Source: Epiperipatus broadwayi (lineage: Eukaryota; Animalia; Onychophora). Taken from it: a stretch of 64,000 nt of DNA. Numbering within the stretch: position 1 is the first letter of the stretch; each line of letters opens with the position of its first letter. The position numbers and the translations under genes are program-made. The DNA lies in contig JAQFVV010000003.1 of NCBI GenBank assembly GCA_028023455.1, positions 26,412,001 to 26,476,000 of the forward strand. Reading direction: 5' to 3'. Below are positions 61,151 through 64,000 of this stretch, piece by piece. The notes beneath the pieces were generated by a model. It was not told where the DNA came from. It searched no databases and saw nothing but the letters and a program-made list of their open reading frames with translations.

Positions 61151-64000
61151 TTTGAACTTCAATTGTTACCTCTTCATAATACTCAATTACAATGGGTTTT
61201 TAAGAATTACATTATTTGATGAAAAGAGAAGTAAACATTTAGAATTGATTATCTAAATAGTATAATTTTTTGCCACTACACTAAGTTTTATCCAATTTAA
61301 AATTTTGGAATGAGAAATGAATGATTATAAACAAATAGTGTTATGATATTATATTCTGTTTATTCTGAATTAGAGCCATCTATTGTAATGTTAAATAATC
61401 ATTGGACACTATATGATAATATTATATTTAAATAGGGACTATTATTTTTCTCAGTGTAGAATGTTGACAATAACAAAAGAAAATCATGTGATACTATATA
61501 AATTTAATTACTATAAGTTGTGTAATCATTTTTTTTAAATGCAACTAAATCCTTATTGTTTTGAATTTATAATCATTATTCTAGTGTAAGTGATTAAATC
61601 ATTATATAATATCATCTGGAAGAAAATGAAAATGATTATTTCTTATTCTTTACTTTTGAGATGTATCCATTAGTTCTTTGTCCAAATGCAAATAGAATAT
61701 AGTAGAATATTAAAAGTAAGTAATAATTAAATGATTTATTGTTCAGGAATTTATATGAAGTATGAAGTGGCATAACTGAAGCAGTGATCCATGGATTTTT
61801 AGTTTCAGAATTAACCACTCTACAAGTACACTAAACTATGCAAACAGAGGAATACTATGATTGAAGAATAACATTATCAGTGTATTTTATCAATGTTTGT
61901 CATTCTATTAAAACAATTTAATACTACCATACTATAGAAATAAATATAAGTGCATTAAATTAAAACATATTTAAATGATTGGGTCAGACCTCATGCCACT
62001 TGTTGACATTACAAGCTAGTTTTTTTACAAATCTTTAAATGTGTCATTTATTTTAAATTACTGTGTAAATAAATATATTTATATTTAAATAATTATTATT
62101 TATATAAAAATTTCTCTTTTTTAAACACAATATGTGAAAACTGTTTAATCTGTCATTAATATAAAGTATATTTTATAATTACAATACCTTTTTGAATCAA
62201 TATATTATTGTCTCTGATAACACAACTTAAACTTATGTATTTATATATTTAAAAAATATACTTGATCACTTTGATTCAGAGGATTGAGTATAATGATTGA
62301 ATAGCAGTTCAAAATATTAAGGTTCTTGAATTTATTTCCAGCTAAAGAAAGTAGGAAAAAATGAATACAACTTTGATCAATTGGATTGAATTATTATGAT
62401 CAACTTGCCATTTATATGCTTCAATATCACATGATCTAACAAGTATTTAGGCATATGATTATTGGTTAGAATGATTTCTCCGTTTATAAAATTAACAAAC
62501 TTTTAACACTTGTGAAATTTTCTATCAACTAAGTTGCTTTTGAGCATAATATTGTGTACCTCTTCCAGTGCATTTACACAATACATTAAAAGTGGAATGT
62601 ATATATTTTTAAAATTCTAACATATCTCTCAAATTCCTGATGGAAAAAAGATTTTGTGATTAATCTTATATCCACAGGGTTAATAAAACCTCCAATGAGT
62701 AAATGGATATATATAGTATAGAAATACATTTATCATAGTAGATTTTTTATTATTATTAAAAATTATTAGACATTAAACAAGATCACTGCTCATTAATATT
62801 TTTAAACATTTTTGGCATAAATTCAAAAAAAAAAGAAAAAATCACTATCTGTTTTTCTACTTCCTAGATAGGAATTCTTTGAAATTCTTATTATTACATT
62901 CAAATGTTTGTCATTTGCATTACAGGAAATGAAAGTAATTGTTCCCATCTATATGTAAATGTGCTGAATATGTATATATTTTTACTCCTTTATATAAGTA
63001 TGCATTTCATAATATATTTATGTTTATTTAGTGTGTTTATAGATGTGTTAATTATATTACTGGTTTTCTTTTTAAATTTCCAGATGTTTTACTTTGTTTT
63101 ATACCTTCAGGCTTTTGAATTCATTCTGGGGTTGCTGTTTTTTTTTTAAAAAATATTTATAAAATTTAAATGATTCATATAGGTTGGTGTCACATATATT
63201 TTCTACTGAAACTTTTAGTTTCATAATCCACATCTGTTTTTAACCATATTTATATTTTTTTAATATTTTGCATAAATACAGTGATATGTATATATGTTCT
63301 GTATTTATGTTTAAACTACTAGGCTATATATATATTTAGCCTTAAGTATTATTATACTTATTATTTAAGTAATACATTGGGTGCAATTTGAAATTTATAA
63401 TTGTAGTTTGTAATGTTATAATTGACTAATATTTATTTGTCTGCATTCAGAATAGATTATATTTACCTGTTTAAAGAGATTTATTTATACTCCTTTCTGT
63501 CAATTATTTTCATCTATATGGTCAAGTTGCAATCTTTAGTGTCTAGCGTCTATATAAGTGTATTGGACTATTAATAAAGTTGAGATTCCACCTTTATTGT
63601 TAAAAGGAGATTGCCTTGACAACATTTTCAATTTATTGATTGATATTGATATTTGTATTGTCTGTTTTGACTGGTTTTTAATTATATATATATATAATAG
63701 AGAGAGAAAGATGGTATTAAAATAGAGTGATGTTTTTATTTTGTATATATAGTGAAGAAAATGAGAATGAAATAATTAGAAATAATTAGATAAAAGGGCA
63801 AGCATAACTAATTGATTGATTAATAAGTATATAGATAAGTAAACTGATAGACATATGACAAATGAATATTTGTGCAGGACAAGTTTTTAGATGATTTTTA
63901 AAAAAGCAATAATTATTCCAATTAAAAAAAAGAAATTCCAATTGAGTCTACTTGGTTAATAAAAATAGATGTAGATGTACAGACAGATAGACATAAAAAA

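Overview
AT-rich, CpG-poor eukaryotic DNA (probably an invertebrate animal) made mostly of layered transposable-element relics. Identities and boundaries below were judged by eye. Non-LTR elements: a near-intact RTE-clade LINE (about 3863-6768, one frameshift) and two decayed L1/Tx1-like LINEs. LTR elements: three internally deleted Gypsy (Mag-like) copies. Penelope-like elements (PLEs): one decayed RT+GIY-YIG copy and three inverted, tails-out PLE 3'-end structures at 39.4-39.9, 44.4-46.4 and 50.0-51.4 kb. DNA transposons: a nearly complete Merlin/IS1595-family element with TIRs and TSD, Tc1/mariner and piggyBac remnants, and several fold-back MITEs. The PLE 3' ends carry at least seven decayed type I hammerhead-ribozyme motifs in two classes: a canonical C3-G8 core, and a U3-A8 core with an extra A. 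Two phase-compatible chains of small + strand exons may be host genes. One has a 14-nt microexon and a possible pseudo-deacetylase fold (about 1-8368). The other has a possible PH/GRAM-like C-terminus (21981-32942). A CpG-rich array with about 50-bp period and variable spacers at 13.3-13.6 kb is unexplained. No rRNA, tRNA gene or true CRISPR array is supported. Most ORF-track entries are TE fragments, antisense shadows or AT-rich noise.
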